Source: Candidatus Enterousia sp. (lineage in GTDB: Bacteria > Pseudomonadota > Alphaproteobacteria > Rs-D84). Taken from it: DNA of 40,594 nucleotides. The DNA is taken from the NCBI GenBank assembly GCA_045613785.1, contig JAZLBQ010000021.1, positions 1-40,594 of the forward strand, read 5' to 3'. The position numbers and the translations under genes were made by a program. The notes beneath the pieces are model-generated. The model had not been told where the DNA came from and made no database searches. It worked only from the letters and a program-made list of their open reading frames with translations. Positions 26,400-34,904 of the stretch are shown piece by piece (the stretch's first letter is position 1; each line of letters starts with the position of its first letter).

Positions 26400-26427
26400 G
26401 CCCGACAGAAGAAAGGGGATGTCGGGC
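26400..26427. terminator. Stem-loop upstream of the helicase gene
   Basis: GCCCGACA/TGTCGGGC stem with a purine-rich loop (GAAGAAAGGGGA). Confidence 0.45.
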
Positions 26428-26493
26428 GTAAAATTTTGTTGCAATTCGCAATAGTTATGATACTTTTATTTTCAAGCATAAAGGAAGGGTGCT

Positions 26494-28242
26494 ATGAAAG
26501 AAATTCTTATCTCTGATAATCCAGTCGCAAACCAACACGCACAGGATTTTTACCCGTGCAAAATAATCAGCCGTGCCGAACTGGCAGGCATTGACCCGTT
26601 GGCAGTCAAGAAAGCGACACTTGACGGCAACGACACTGAAATCCTAGAACAGTTTATGAATGCCAAGCGGTATTTTATAGCCGAAAGTATTGACTTTTCT
26701 GCGGATTTTGATACACTAGGAATGGCGTATCGTAATGCCACGCCTTACACACCTGTTGACGACACTATGGGGGTTTCCCTTCCTTCTAACGAAGCCCCCA
26801 CTCTTGATGTTTTTGTTGAAGAAGCGACCTATGAAATCCCAATGCAGGAACAAATCGCCATACTTGACCCATTGTTGGCGAACAGACGAATTGGGGCTGG
26901 CACTATTGCCGAACTAACGGCACAGTTGGTGGACATCTGCCGTTCACACGACCTGTTCTCTCGTGATATTATTACTGGGCTGTTCCGCAGTCGCTTTACA
27001 CGCAAACCGTTGACAAGCGAAGAACACGCCAAGACGATGTTTTTTACACACTTTATAGACAAGTTGTATATCAAGACCCACGATTACAAAGTTGACAAGG
27101 CAACAGGGCAGACTAAATCCGAAGTGTCTTATAAACGCATATCAAAAGACGAACTGAAATTGCTTTGGCAGAACGTGTCGCTGTATTCAACCTTTAATAG
27201 CCGAAAGGAATTTTACGAAGCAATACCTGAATGGGACGGCGAAGAACGCATTATGACCTTTATGAAGAAATACTTTGAGTGCGACACCAACCCGAACTTT
27301 TTCTTACTGCTGATGACCAGTCTAGTGGCGAAATTTGCGCCAAAGAACGACTACTGCCCCTATTTCTTTGACTTGGTGGCAAATTCTAAGGGCATTGGCA
27401 AATCGTTGCTGTGTCGCCGTTTATTGGGCGGTAAATATTGCAGTTTCCTGACGTTCGCAGTTGGTCGCCGTGATGACTTCTACGTGAACGCATACGACAG
27501 CAATTCGGCGATTGTCGTTGATGATGAATGCACGTGGGTATCGACCAAGGGCAACAAGGGCTTTGGCACGATAAACAATGAAGAGTTTAAGAATATTGTG
27601 ACGAACGCAACGGATATGTTCTCTCGTAAGCATATGAACCCCGAAGAACACGCACGTTCGTTTATCATTATTCGCACATCCAACGATGTCAACCAAGTGT
27701 ATTCTACCAATGAACGCCGACAGATAATCTTCCAATGCAACCTTGCCGAGCAAGAGTGCCGTATCTTGAACTTGCCGGACGAGTTCTTCACGCAGATGTT
27801 AGCGGAAGCAAAAGACTATTATGTAAAGCACGGCGGTCGGTATCAGTTGACAGACGACGACAAGTTGGACATTAAAGAAACCAACCTGAATAATTACAAC
27901 ACTGAAACCAAAGAAAACTTTGCGATTATGGGCTATGTAAAGGCGGCAAGGGCTAACCCAGACCTGTGGTGCGTCAAGTTGACCGCAAAGAAATTCGGGT
28001 CAGAGAAGTGGGGCAACTACCAGAAATATGTTGAGTGGTGCGAAGAAAACAAAAAACCAACCTTGCAACACAGACCGTTCTGGCGTTCCGTTTCCGCACT
28101 GGCAGAATACCCCGAGAACCATATCTGTGTGCTGTCTGACCAGAGATACGACTTGGCAAGCGGCGGCAAGTGTCGTGTGTTCCGCATAGACCCAATGGTC
28201 GCAGACGAAGTGGCGGACGAAGTCCCCGACATTCCATATTAA
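26494..28242 (+). CDS. VirE/VapE-family SF3-type replicative helicase
   Basis: PEWDGEERI, Walker A SKGIGKS, Walker B IVVDDE, SFIIIRTSN..TNERR; acidic DIPY tail. Confidence 0.85.
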   Translation: MKEILISDNPVANQHAQDFYPCKIISRAELAGIDPLAVKKATLDGNDTEILEQFMNAKRYFIAESIDFSADFDTLGMAYRNATPYTPVDDTMGVSLPSNEAPTLDVFVEEATYEIPMQEQIAILDPLLANRRIGAGTIAELTAQLVDICRSHDLFSRDIITGLFRSRFTRKPLTSEEHAKTMFFTHFIDKLYIKTHDYKVDKATGQTKSEVSYKRISKDELKLLWQNVSLYSTFNSRKEFYEAIPEWDGEERIMTFMKKYFECDTNPNFFLLLMTSLVAKFAPKNDYCPYFFDLVANSKGIGKSLLCRRLLGGKYCSFLTFAVGRRDDFYVNAYDSNSAIVVDDECTWVSTKGNKGFGTINNEEFKNIVTNATDMFSRKHMNPEEHARSFIIIRTSNDVNQVYSTNERRQIIFQCNLAEQECRILNLPDEFFTQMLAEAKDYYVKHGGRYQLTDDDKLDIKETNLNNYNTETKENFAIMGYVKAARANPDLWCVKLTAKKFGSEKWGNYQKYVEWCEENKKPTLQHRPFWRSVSALAEYPENHICVLSDQRYDLASGGKCRVFRIDPMVADEVADEVPDIPY

Positions 28243-28260
28243 AAAATATTTTGCTGATTC

Positions 28261-28289
28261 TTTACAGTCTTAATTTTATGTGTTATAAT
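28261..28289 (+). promoter_or_regulatory. Promoter of the mini-ORF array
   Basis: TTTACA-N14-TGT-TATAAT. Confidence 0.75.
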
Positions 28290-28315
28290 GGTTGCGAACA
28301 ACAAAGGAGTTGAAA

Positions 28316-28624
28316 ATGACCATTACGGATATTATTAGAAACGAGATTGCCGTCGCTTTGGGGCATACGCCTTATGATGACGAGCAAGAATATTTTATGA
28401 ACTACATTCACGACGGATTAGCGGATAAAATTAACGCAGATTTGCCAATTATGCTAAAAGACATTTCGACAGCGATATACCTGTGTCGTGAAGAATGTTT
28501 TTGGTGTTGCCAAGAATGTGGCGAGTGGTTTTTGCCAAGCGAAATGAACGATTACGGCGGTCACTATTGCTTGAACTGCAAACCATTTGAAGACCCAGAT
28601 GTATGGAAAGACCAAGGAGAATAA
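28316..28624 (+). CDS. Protein with C-terminal zinc ribbon
   Basis: CQECGEW..YCLNC; AAGGAG RBS. Confidence 0.75.
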   Translation: MTITDIIRNEIAVALGHTPYDDEQEYFMNYIHDGLADKINADLPIMLKDISTAIYLCREECFWCCQECGEWFLPSEMNDYGGHYCLNCKPFEDPDVWKDQGE

Positions 28625-28626
28625 AA

Positions 28627-28854
28627 ATGACGATTCAAGATTTAATGCCAATTTTAAGACCTGGTTGGGTTGCAATGGACGAAAACGGCGAGTGGTGGTG
28701 GTTTGATGCGGAACCACTGCGTATAGACACTGGATGGATTAACCCAGATGGCGTGATAAGTTTTGGTATCCAAACGGCACTTTCCGTCAATTTCAAGGAC
28801 GACATTACACCGTTCGACGGCGGCTGGGAAAACAGTTTAATCAAGGTGGGATAA
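28627..28854 (+). CDS. Hypothetical Trp-rich phage protein
   Basis: WVAMDENGEWWWFDAEP..WENSL; AAGGAG RBS; similar to 31145..31510. Confidence 0.8.
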   Translation: MTIQDLMPILRPGWVAMDENGEWWWFDAEPLRIDTGWINPDGVISFGIQTALSVNFKDDITPFDGGWENSLIKVG

Positions 28855-29004
28855 ATGAAAGCAATAACATTTTTCGGCGAAGTTATATTGTTGATTATCT
28901 GTATGCCGGTGTTGTTGATAAGTATGGTTGTGTATTATTTTTGGGATAAATACGACAATCGCAAGACGGCTAAATTTTTTAAGAAATTAAAGGACAACAA
29001 ATGA
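28855..29004 (+). CDS. Mini membrane protein (49 aa)
   Basis: MKAITFFGEVILLIICMPVLLISMVVYYFW..; ATGA-coupled to the next ORF. Confidence 0.65.
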   Translation: MKAITFFGEVILLIICMPVLLISMVVYYFWDKYDNRKTAKFFKKLKDNK

Positions 29005-29147
29005 TAACTGATGTAATGCCTGGTTGTCTTGCGTATTCAAAATATTTAGATACCGCTTGCACACGATTTGGAATTAGCAGGGATGAAGCCCGCAAAAAAT
29101 ACGGACTTTATACCGAAAAACAGTGGACGGAATTATTAAAGGACTAA
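29001..29147 (+). CDS. Mini protein (48 aa)
   Basis: AAGGACAACAAATG start; MITDVMPGCLAYSKYLD.. Confidence 0.7.
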   Translation: MITDVMPGCLAYSKYLDTACTRFGISRDEARKKYGLYTEKQWTELLKD

Positions 29148-29150
29148 CAA

Positions 29151-29282
29151 ATGACAAACATTGACATTGAAAGCCCGACTATAAAAAGCCTGCGTAAATT
29201 GATACAAGAACACAAAAATCAAGAACAGGCAAAGATAGACCGAGAAATTATGGAGATTGCGTTAAAGAAGAATAACAAATGA
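29151..29282 (+). CDS. Mini protein (43 aa)
   Basis: AAGGACTAACAAATG start; MTNIDIESPTIK.. Confidence 0.65.
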   Translation: MTNIDIESPTIKSLRKLIQEHKNQEQAKIDREIMEIALKKNNK

Positions 29283-29413
29283 TATGGTTTATTTTAATTG
29301 TATTGCTGGTAATTGGTGGCTGGTGTCATATTTCGCTTATGGAAGATTATAAAAAAGAAATCGCAGAAGAAGTCGCAAAAGAATTAAAAAAGCAAAAAAA
29401 AGGCAACAAATGA
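29279..29413 (+). CDS. Mini membrane-anchored protein (44 aa)
   Basis: MIWFILIVLLVIGGW.. followed by a charged helix; ATGA overlaps at both ends. Confidence 0.65.
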   Translation: MIWFILIVLLVIGGWCHISLMEDYKKEIAEEVAKELKKQKKGNK

Positions 29414-29571
29414 TAAAGATTGAACCTTATCGTATTTTCCCAGTCAATAACAAAGATGAACGTTTTGAAGCGTGGATTGTGCTGGACAAAAGAACCAATC
29501 GTGTGTGGAGTGAATTTTATCCATCAGATTCGGCAGCAATTAAAGCAATTAAAAAGGCGACAAGAAAATGA
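29410..29571 (+). CDS. Mini protein (53 aa)
   Basis: MIKIEPYRIFPV..; ATGA overlaps at both ends. Confidence 0.65.
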   Translation: MIKIEPYRIFPVNNKDERFEAWIVLDKRTNRVWSEFYPSDSAAIKAIKKATRK

Positions 29572-29735
29572 AAAAGTGTCCATTTTGCAAAAGCAATGAA
29601 TATCAGGAATTGACAGCGGCAGGTATGCGTTGTTGCAGAAATCCAGAATGTAAATTTGCAGGATATTTCCTGCCGATTGAAATACTTGAAATGATAAAAA
29701 CACCAAATGGATATGATTGGAGAATTAAAAAATGA
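29568..29735 (+). CDS. Zinc-binding mini protein, Lar (restriction alleviation)-like
   Basis: MKKCPFC..RCCRNPEC; an N-terminal CPFC is typical of Lar-family proteins. Confidence 0.5.
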   Translation: MKKCPFCKSNEYQELTAAGMRCCRNPECKFAGYFLPIEILEMIKTPNGYDWRIKK

Positions 29736-29750
29736 TAACAATAGACCAGA
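29732..29750 (+). repeat. 19-bp direct repeat, copy 1 (duplicate of the methyltransferase gene start)
   Basis: ATGATAACAATAGACCAGA, identical to 30477-30495. Confidence 0.9.
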
Positions 29751-29767
29751 GTGATAGGGAGTGAGAG

Positions 29768-30475
29768 ATGGCAAGACGTGCATCAAAAGATGCTTATGAA
29801 TGGCGAACTTGCACCCAGTGCCATCAACCATTTAAGGTTGCAATATGCAAACTTGAAAACGGTCAAAAAGCCGAATGTTGCTCAAAACACTGTGCGATGT
29901 TGTTGCGACACGCCAAAAAACGAGAAAAACAACCGCCAATTTCGCAGAAAGATTTTCTAGAAAAATACCAAAGATATATGGTTGGTGTGCATTATGCAAT
30001 GGGGAAGCAAGACAAAATACTATATAAATATTTCTCTATACAAGAAATAAAAAACTGGTGCCTATCTTGGGTTTATGAGAAGTGGAATGATATTATGTCT
30101 GTTGATGGCGACCGTAACCGTATAAATTATATTATTACCCTATGCGACAGGGAAATAAAAAGATATACAGAATGGAATGCGTTTTCTGGGGTATTATCAC
30201 TGGAACACTTAAAAACAATAGGCGTTCAACCATCGTCCAGAAAAGACCGACCCGACGTCAGGGTATTCGGTATGATTGAATTGCAAGAAGCATACAACAA
30301 AATAAAACAATGTGCTGGCAAAGGCGTTGCGTGGAAATTGTTTTATGATTACATAGACGGTATGAGTTTTGACGAACTTGAAAAGAAATATGGGTTTAAT
30401 GCCCACGATTCAGCAAATAAAGTTGCATATTGTCGGCTTAGATTAAAACAACACGAACAGCAAAAAAGGATTTAA
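29768..30475 (+). CDS. Zinc-finger plus ECF sigma-factor-like protein
   Basis: N-terminal CTQC..CCSKHC, a region-2-like helical middle and a C-terminal LFYDYIDGMSFDELEKKYG..RLRLK region-4-like HTH. Confidence 0.55.
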   Translation: MARRASKDAYEWRTCTQCHQPFKVAICKLENGQKAECCSKHCAMLLRHAKKREKQPPISQKDFLEKYQRYMVGVHYAMGKQDKILYKYFSIQEIKNWCLSWVYEKWNDIMSVDGDRNRINYIITLCDREIKRYTEWNAFSGVLSLEHLKTIGVQPSSRKDRPDVRVFGMIELQEAYNKIKQCAGKGVAWKLFYDYIDGMSFDELEKKYGFNAHDSANKVAYCRLRLKQHEQQKRI

Positions 30476-30476
30476 T

Positions 30477-31148
30477 ATGATAACAATAGACCAGAACTGC
30501 CAGTTGTTTTGTGGCGACTGCTTGGAAGTTATGAAACAGATACCAGATGGGTCTGTTGATTGTATTTTGACGGACAGCCCCTATGGTTTCGGATATCAAA
30601 GCAATATGAAAAAGAACAAAGACTTGCCGATGTTCTACGACAGAAACACGCATTGGCTGAACGAGTTTTTGTTCATTGCAAATAAGAAACTTAAACCAGA
30701 TGGACATCTGTATATGTTCGCCCCAACACAGAAGATAGACGAGTTTAAGCAGAAGATTGAAAACTTTTTTATCATAAAAAATCTGTTAGTGTGGGACAAA
30801 CAAGGTTTTGGTATGGGCGATTTATATGGTCAATATGCCCCGTCGTATGAGTTTATAGTATTCGCAGTAAAAGAACAGGGACGTAAGTTGAACGGCGTTC
30901 GTGAACGTGATATTTTGCGCTTTAATAAAACCAAGTGCGAGTTGCATCCAACCCAGAAACCAGTGGATTTGATGGAACATTTGATAGAAAAAAGCACAAA
31001 CACTGGCGATGTTATCCTTGACCCGTTTATGGGCAGTGGCACAACAGGTGTTGCGTGCAAGAATCTGAACCGTAAGTTTATCGGCATAGAACTAGACGAA
31101 GAATACTTTAAGACAGCAGAAAACAGAATAAAAGGGAGTTTAATATGA
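30477..31148 (+). CDS. DNA methyltransferase (N6-A/N4-C, beta class)
   Basis: GDCLEVMK, catalytic motif TDSPY, HPTQKP and SAM-binding DPFMGSGTT. Confidence 0.93.
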   Translation: MITIDQNCQLFCGDCLEVMKQIPDGSVDCILTDSPYGFGYQSNMKKNKDLPMFYDRNTHWLNEFLFIANKKLKPDGHLYMFAPTQKIDEFKQKIENFFIIKNLLVWDKQGFGMGDLYGQYAPSYEFIVFAVKEQGRKLNGVRERDILRFNKTKCELHPTQKPVDLMEHLIEKSTNTGDVILDPFMGSGTTGVACKNLNRKFIGIELDEEYFKTAENRIKGSLI

Positions 31149-31510
31149 TTACTATTTCACAATTACTAGAATCTGTGGATTTGGATTTTGAACCGCAGTA
31201 TGTCACGAAAGACGAAACTGGCGTTGTTGAATTGTGGGAAAAGAAACCAAATAAAACCAATTATGGGTGTTGGAATTGTTATGGTTGGCAGACACGTCTT
31301 GCGGTGCTTAAACTAGCCGAGTTTGACGGCAAGGACTGGACAGAGTGCATTTATGAAGTGCCACGAAAGACAACAGGCATTGCTAAACTTATACACGAAA
31401 AACTAACGATTGGAAGAACCAAATATGAATACCCAACAAACGAAATGTTGAGATTAAAAATCAACGAACTTGTAGATGCAGTCAATGAATTAAAAAAGGA
31501 TTCAGAATGA
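31145..31510 (+). CDS. Hypothetical phage protein
   Basis: YVTKDETG..WEKKP..DWTECI, similar to 28627..28854; C-terminal KINELVDAVNEL helix. Confidence 0.75.
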   Translation: MITISQLLESVDLDFEPQYVTKDETGVVELWEKKPNKTNYGCWNCYGWQTRLAVLKLAEFDGKDWTECIYEVPRKTTGIAKLIHEKLTIGRTKYEYPTNEMLRLKINELVDAVNELKKDSE

Positions 31511-31875
31511 ACGACAGATTTAAGTTTAGAGTTTGGAACATTAAAGAGAATTTTTACTGCGACCAATGCGGGAACATGGTAATGAGTTCTGACGGACATT
31601 GTTATGATAATGGAGTTCGTGGCGATTTTAGTGCATCTGATGGTCTTGTTGTTGAACAATGCACAGGCTTAAAGGACAAGAACGGCAATCTGATTTATGA
31701 AAACGATGTGTTGTTTGATGGTGAATTTTGCGGACAAGTTATTTGGAAAGATGGCTGTTGGTTGGTTGAAATGACACTTTATGATGGTGATAAATCTTAT
31801 GAGCATTTAGACCAGCACTTTGCAAAATATGGCGAAATCATAGGCAACATACACGAACAAAAGGACGCAGAATGA
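31507..31875 (+). CDS. YopX-family protein
   Basis: FKFRVW, QCTGLKDKNGNLIYENDV and EIIGNIHE. Confidence 0.92.
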   Translation: MNDRFKFRVWNIKENFYCDQCGNMVMSSDGHCYDNGVRGDFSASDGLVVEQCTGLKDKNGNLIYENDVLFDGEFCGQVIWKDGCWLVEMTLYDGDKSYEHLDQHFAKYGEIIGNIHEQKDAE

Positions 31876-32204
31876 GTAATTCAATTTGGAAAACACCATA
31901 CAAGAACCCAAAAAATTACCAGTCAGTAATGTTTATAACAAAGAACAATAGCACTCGGGCTGGGATTTTCAAAGATGGTTTTTATTATGACGATGCTAAT
32001 AATCAGTATGAAGATGATGAGTTAGAGTGCTGGGCAACTATATATGATGTCAAAGCCCAAGCGGACAAGGCGGAACGATTGCAGAAAGAAATAACGCAGG
32101 CGTTAGATTTATATTACAGCCCTTATCAAAACCAACACCAAGAATCAGACCTTGTTTATGCCATTAAAAAGGCAATAAGGTATAAAGATAAATCAAACAA
32201 CTGA
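31872..32204 (+). CDS. Hypothetical protein
   Basis: ATGA overlap; AAGGA RBS. Confidence 0.7.
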   Translation: MSNSIWKTPYKNPKNYQSVMFITKNNSTRAGIFKDGFYYDDANNQYEDDELECWATIYDVKAQADKAERLQKEITQALDLYYSPYQNQHQESDLVYAIKKAIRYKDKSNN

Positions 32205-32217
32205 TAAAGGAATAAAA

Positions 32218-32472
32218 ATGGCAGAAGAAATCTGGAAAGATGTTGTCGGCTACGAAGGGCTTTATCAAGTTTCTACGCTTGGACGTGTAAGGTCACTAGA
32301 TAGAATAATACACAAAAATAATTGGCGTTATCATAACGTCATCAAGAAAGACCCTGAATTGTTGGAACGCCATAGAAAATGGAATCGTGAAGCAGCACGC
32401 CGTCGTCGTGCAGACCCAGAATATCGGGCAAGAGTAAATGAACAACGAAGACGTAAAAGGAAAGGAATATGA
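32218..32472 (+). CDS. NUMOD4-only protein (no HNH domain) with a basic tail
   Basis: EIWKDVVGYEGLYQVSTLGRVRSLDR followed by an Arg-rich helix. Confidence 0.75.
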   Translation: MAEEIWKDVVGYEGLYQVSTLGRVRSLDRIIHKNNWRYHNVIKKDPELLERHRKWNREAARRRRADPEYRARVNEQRRRKRKGI

Positions 32473-33125
32473 AAGTAGTAAAACCATCTATCACACCGCT
32501 AACAAATATCAACGGCGAAGAAGCCTTGATGTTGATTCAGAAAGTCGCCAAGACCTGCTATCAGACAGAAAAGACAACAGATGATATTGAATCAGCAAAA
32601 CGAATTGTCCGCTCTTTAATAGCATCTGGGCATCATAGTATGCTGGAATTTTACAATATCACAATGAGATACGTTTCAAATATTGCTGCATACAAAGATT
32701 TACGCACCCACCGACATAGCACATTTGCCGTCGAATCGACCCGCTGGTGTTCATATAACAAAGGTAAGTTTGATGGGCAGATAAAGTTCCTTGACCCGAT
32801 TGAGATTCCAAAAGACAGCCTGAAATATCAGGTGTGGCTGAACGGTTGCCAACAGGCGGAAAAGAACTATATGGATATGATTTCACTGGGTGCAAAGCCA
32901 GATGAAGCAAGTTTGCTATTGCCACAGTCAACGGCTGCTGAATTTAACGTGACGGCGAACCTGCGTGAATGGCGGCATATACTGAATCTTCGTGCGTGCA
33001 ACGCAACTGGACACGCTAGACCCTGCATTAACGAAATTATGCGGCCCACACTGCGGTTATTTGCAAAAGAAATTCCAGTAGTGTTCGACGACTTATTAGA
33101 AAAAATGAACCAAAGGGGAAGATAA
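32469..33125 (+). CDS. thyX: FAD-dependent thymidylate synthase
   Basis: GHHSMLEF, THRHSTFAVESTRW, LLPQS and NLREWRHILNLR. Confidence 0.9.
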   Translation: MKVVKPSITPLTNINGEEALMLIQKVAKTCYQTEKTTDDIESAKRIVRSLIASGHHSMLEFYNITMRYVSNIAAYKDLRTHRHSTFAVESTRWCSYNKGKFDGQIKFLDPIEIPKDSLKYQVWLNGCQQAEKNYMDMISLGAKPDEASLLLPQSTAAEFNVTANLREWRHILNLRACNATGHARPCINEIMRPTLRLFAKEIPVVFDDLLEKMNQRGR

Positions 33126-33209
33126 TGGATGTTGTAATACCTGCTGGAATGTCGTATGAATTTTATATGGAACTGTTGAAACTAGAAAAAACAGTGATAC
33201 AATAATACT

Positions 33210-33542
33210 ATGCAATTCCATAGACAGACCATCTTGATAGAACTTTACGACATCGAAATCCAATTCGGTGGGGTGGAAGAAATGCGACAAGAAGATTATG
33301 TCCAGTCCAAATTAGACGAAGGCTCAAAGGTCACGGCGATGACTTGGATAGACAACGGCGTGATTAAACTTGCGTATTCCGACAGTTTGAATCTGAAAGT
33401 TCTAGCCCACGAGATTGTTCACATCGTCAACCTGATATTCCGCACCAAGGGGATACAACTTGATTTGAACAATGACGAACCGCAGGCATACCTGACAGGG
33501 TGGCTGACACAGGAACTGCATCAGAGAATTTTTAACTACTAA
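33210..33542 (+). CDS. HExxH metallopeptidase-like protein
   Basis: LAHEIVH..DEPQAYL. Confidence 0.7.
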   Translation: MQFHRQTILIELYDIEIQFGGVEEMRQEDYVQSKLDEGSKVTAMTWIDNGVIKLAYSDSLNLKVLAHEIVHIVNLIFRTKGIQLDLNNDEPQAYLTGWLTQELHQRIFNY

Positions 33543-33562
33543 CACAAACGAAAGGAAGGACT

Positions 33563-33778
33563 ATGTTTATAATCACGGGGCAGAATTGCCAAAATTGCAA
33601 AATGTTAAAACAAATGCTGGGCGAAAACGCTATGCGTGTAGAGTTCAGATTGGCGGAAGAAAATATGTCTGTCTGTCGGGAACTGGGTATCAGAACCATA
33701 CCGGCATTGGTTAAAGACGACAATACGGTCGTGTTTGACTTGGGCGAAATCGTATCAGAAGTGGAGAAAACATTATGA
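33563..33778 (+). CDS. Glutaredoxin/thioredoxin-like protein
   Basis: CQNC active site and GIRTIP cis-Pro motif. Confidence 0.85.
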   Translation: MFIITGQNCQNCKMLKQMLGENAMRVEFRLAEENMSVCRELGIRTIPALVKDDNTVVFDLGEIVSEVEKTL

Positions 33779-34137
33779 GTGAAACTATTAAAAGCATAAT
33801 TGAGTGGCACGAACAGACATTTCCAGATGCAACACTGGAAGGGCAAAGAATAAAATTTTGGGAAGAGATGGAAGAATTTGATTCTGCACCTTACTATACA
33901 GAAAGAGTGACAGAACTTGTTGATATGTTTATTGTCGCCTGTGGCGTTGCAAGATTTAATATGACAGAAGCATTATCAGAGTTTGCTTGTGTCCGTGAAA
34001 GGGGCAATTATAAAAATATAGTATGGGAAGATTTTGAGAAAATTATAGACGTAAAAATGCAAATCAACCGCAACCGCAAATGGTCGATTGGCAAAGGAAA
34101 CTATCAGCATATTAGTGAAGGGGGCGACAATGACTAA
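33775..34137 (+). CDS. dATP/dGTP pyrophosphohydrolase-like protein (DUF550 / MazG-like)
   Basis: EWHEQTFP..EEMEE..ELVD..KMQINRNRKW pattern. Confidence 0.75.
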   Translation: MSETIKSIIEWHEQTFPDATLEGQRIKFWEEMEEFDSAPYYTERVTELVDMFIVACGVARFNMTEALSEFACVRERGNYKNIVWEDFEKIIDVKMQINRNRKWSIGKGNYQHISEGGDND

Positions 34138-34549
34138 CCTAATCAAAAAATACGAAAGTTTCTCGCCAAAGGCATATCGCTGTCCGGCAGGAATCTGGAC
34201 TTATGGCTATGGTTCTACTTATAAAGCAGACGGCACGCCAGTAAAGAAAGGCGACACGATTACAGAACCACAAGCAGACGCCTTGCTGAACGACTACCTG
34301 ATTAAACACGTCCGCCCAAAAATTTCCGACCTGAACCTAACACCGAACCAACAGGACGCACTGGAAAGTTTGCTGTATAACATCGGATGGACTGCGTTCG
34401 CCAAATCCAAGTGCTACAAGGCAATCAAGGCAAAAGATTGGGCTACGGCATTAAAGAACTGGGATTGGTATTCTGGTGGCGGCAAAGTCCTGAACGGGCT
34501 GATAAAACGCCGTGCGGAAGAAATCGGGCTGTTCTTCACAGAAATATAA
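34130..34549 (+). CDS. Endolysin (GH24 lysozyme)
   Basis: E-x8-C-x5-T catalytic pattern (YESFSPKAYRCPAGIWTYGYG), NQQDAL..YNIG and LNGLIKRRAEE. Confidence 0.93.
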   Translation: MTNLIKKYESFSPKAYRCPAGIWTYGYGSTYKADGTPVKKGDTITEPQADALLNDYLIKHVRPKISDLNLTPNQQDALESLLYNIGWTAFAKSKCYKAIKAKDWATALKNWDWYSGGGKVLNGLIKRRAEEIGLFFTEI

Positions 34550-34566
34550 AAAAAATTTCGCATTTC

Positions 34567-34595
34567 TTTACACATTGCGAAAAAAGTGTTATAAT
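34567..34595 (+). promoter_or_regulatory. Promoter of the ssb operon
   Basis: TTTACA-N14-TGT-TATAAT. Confidence 0.75.
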
Positions 34596-34625
34596 AATAA
34601 TGCAAATAACAAAAAGGGACTGAAT

Positions 34626-34904
34626 ATGGCAGAATTTGATAATACAAACACAGGGGTGTTGTTTAAGAACGACAAAGGCGACAATCCAAAACGCCCAGAT
34701 TACACTGGGAAAATCAACATCGCAGGCAAGGAATATCGCTTGGCAAGTTGGATTAAAACAGGGCAGGCGGGCAAGAACTTTTTGTCGTTGACCGTGTCTG
34801 AAATTGAGCAGGCGGAAAAACCAGCAGAACCAGTAGCGGAAACAGTCGCAGAAATTGACGACACTATACCTTTTAATGAAGACCGTCAGTCAAGTCGGTC
34901 GTAA
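34626..34904 (+). CDS. Phage single-stranded DNA-binding protein (small OB fold)
   Basis: FDNTNTGVLFKNDK..PDYTGKI..LASW..FLSL; acidic DDTIPF tip followed by 9 extra residues. Confidence 0.8.
   Translation: MAEFDNTNTGVLFKNDKGDNPKRPDYTGKINIAGKEYRLASWIKTGQAGKNFLSLTVSEIEQAEKPAEPVAETVAEIDDTIPFNEDRQSSRS

Noticed and set aside
33775-34137. Z-genome (2-aminoadenine) pathway suggested by the DUF550-like gene
   Set aside because: No purZ, datZ or phage DNA polymerase was recognised.
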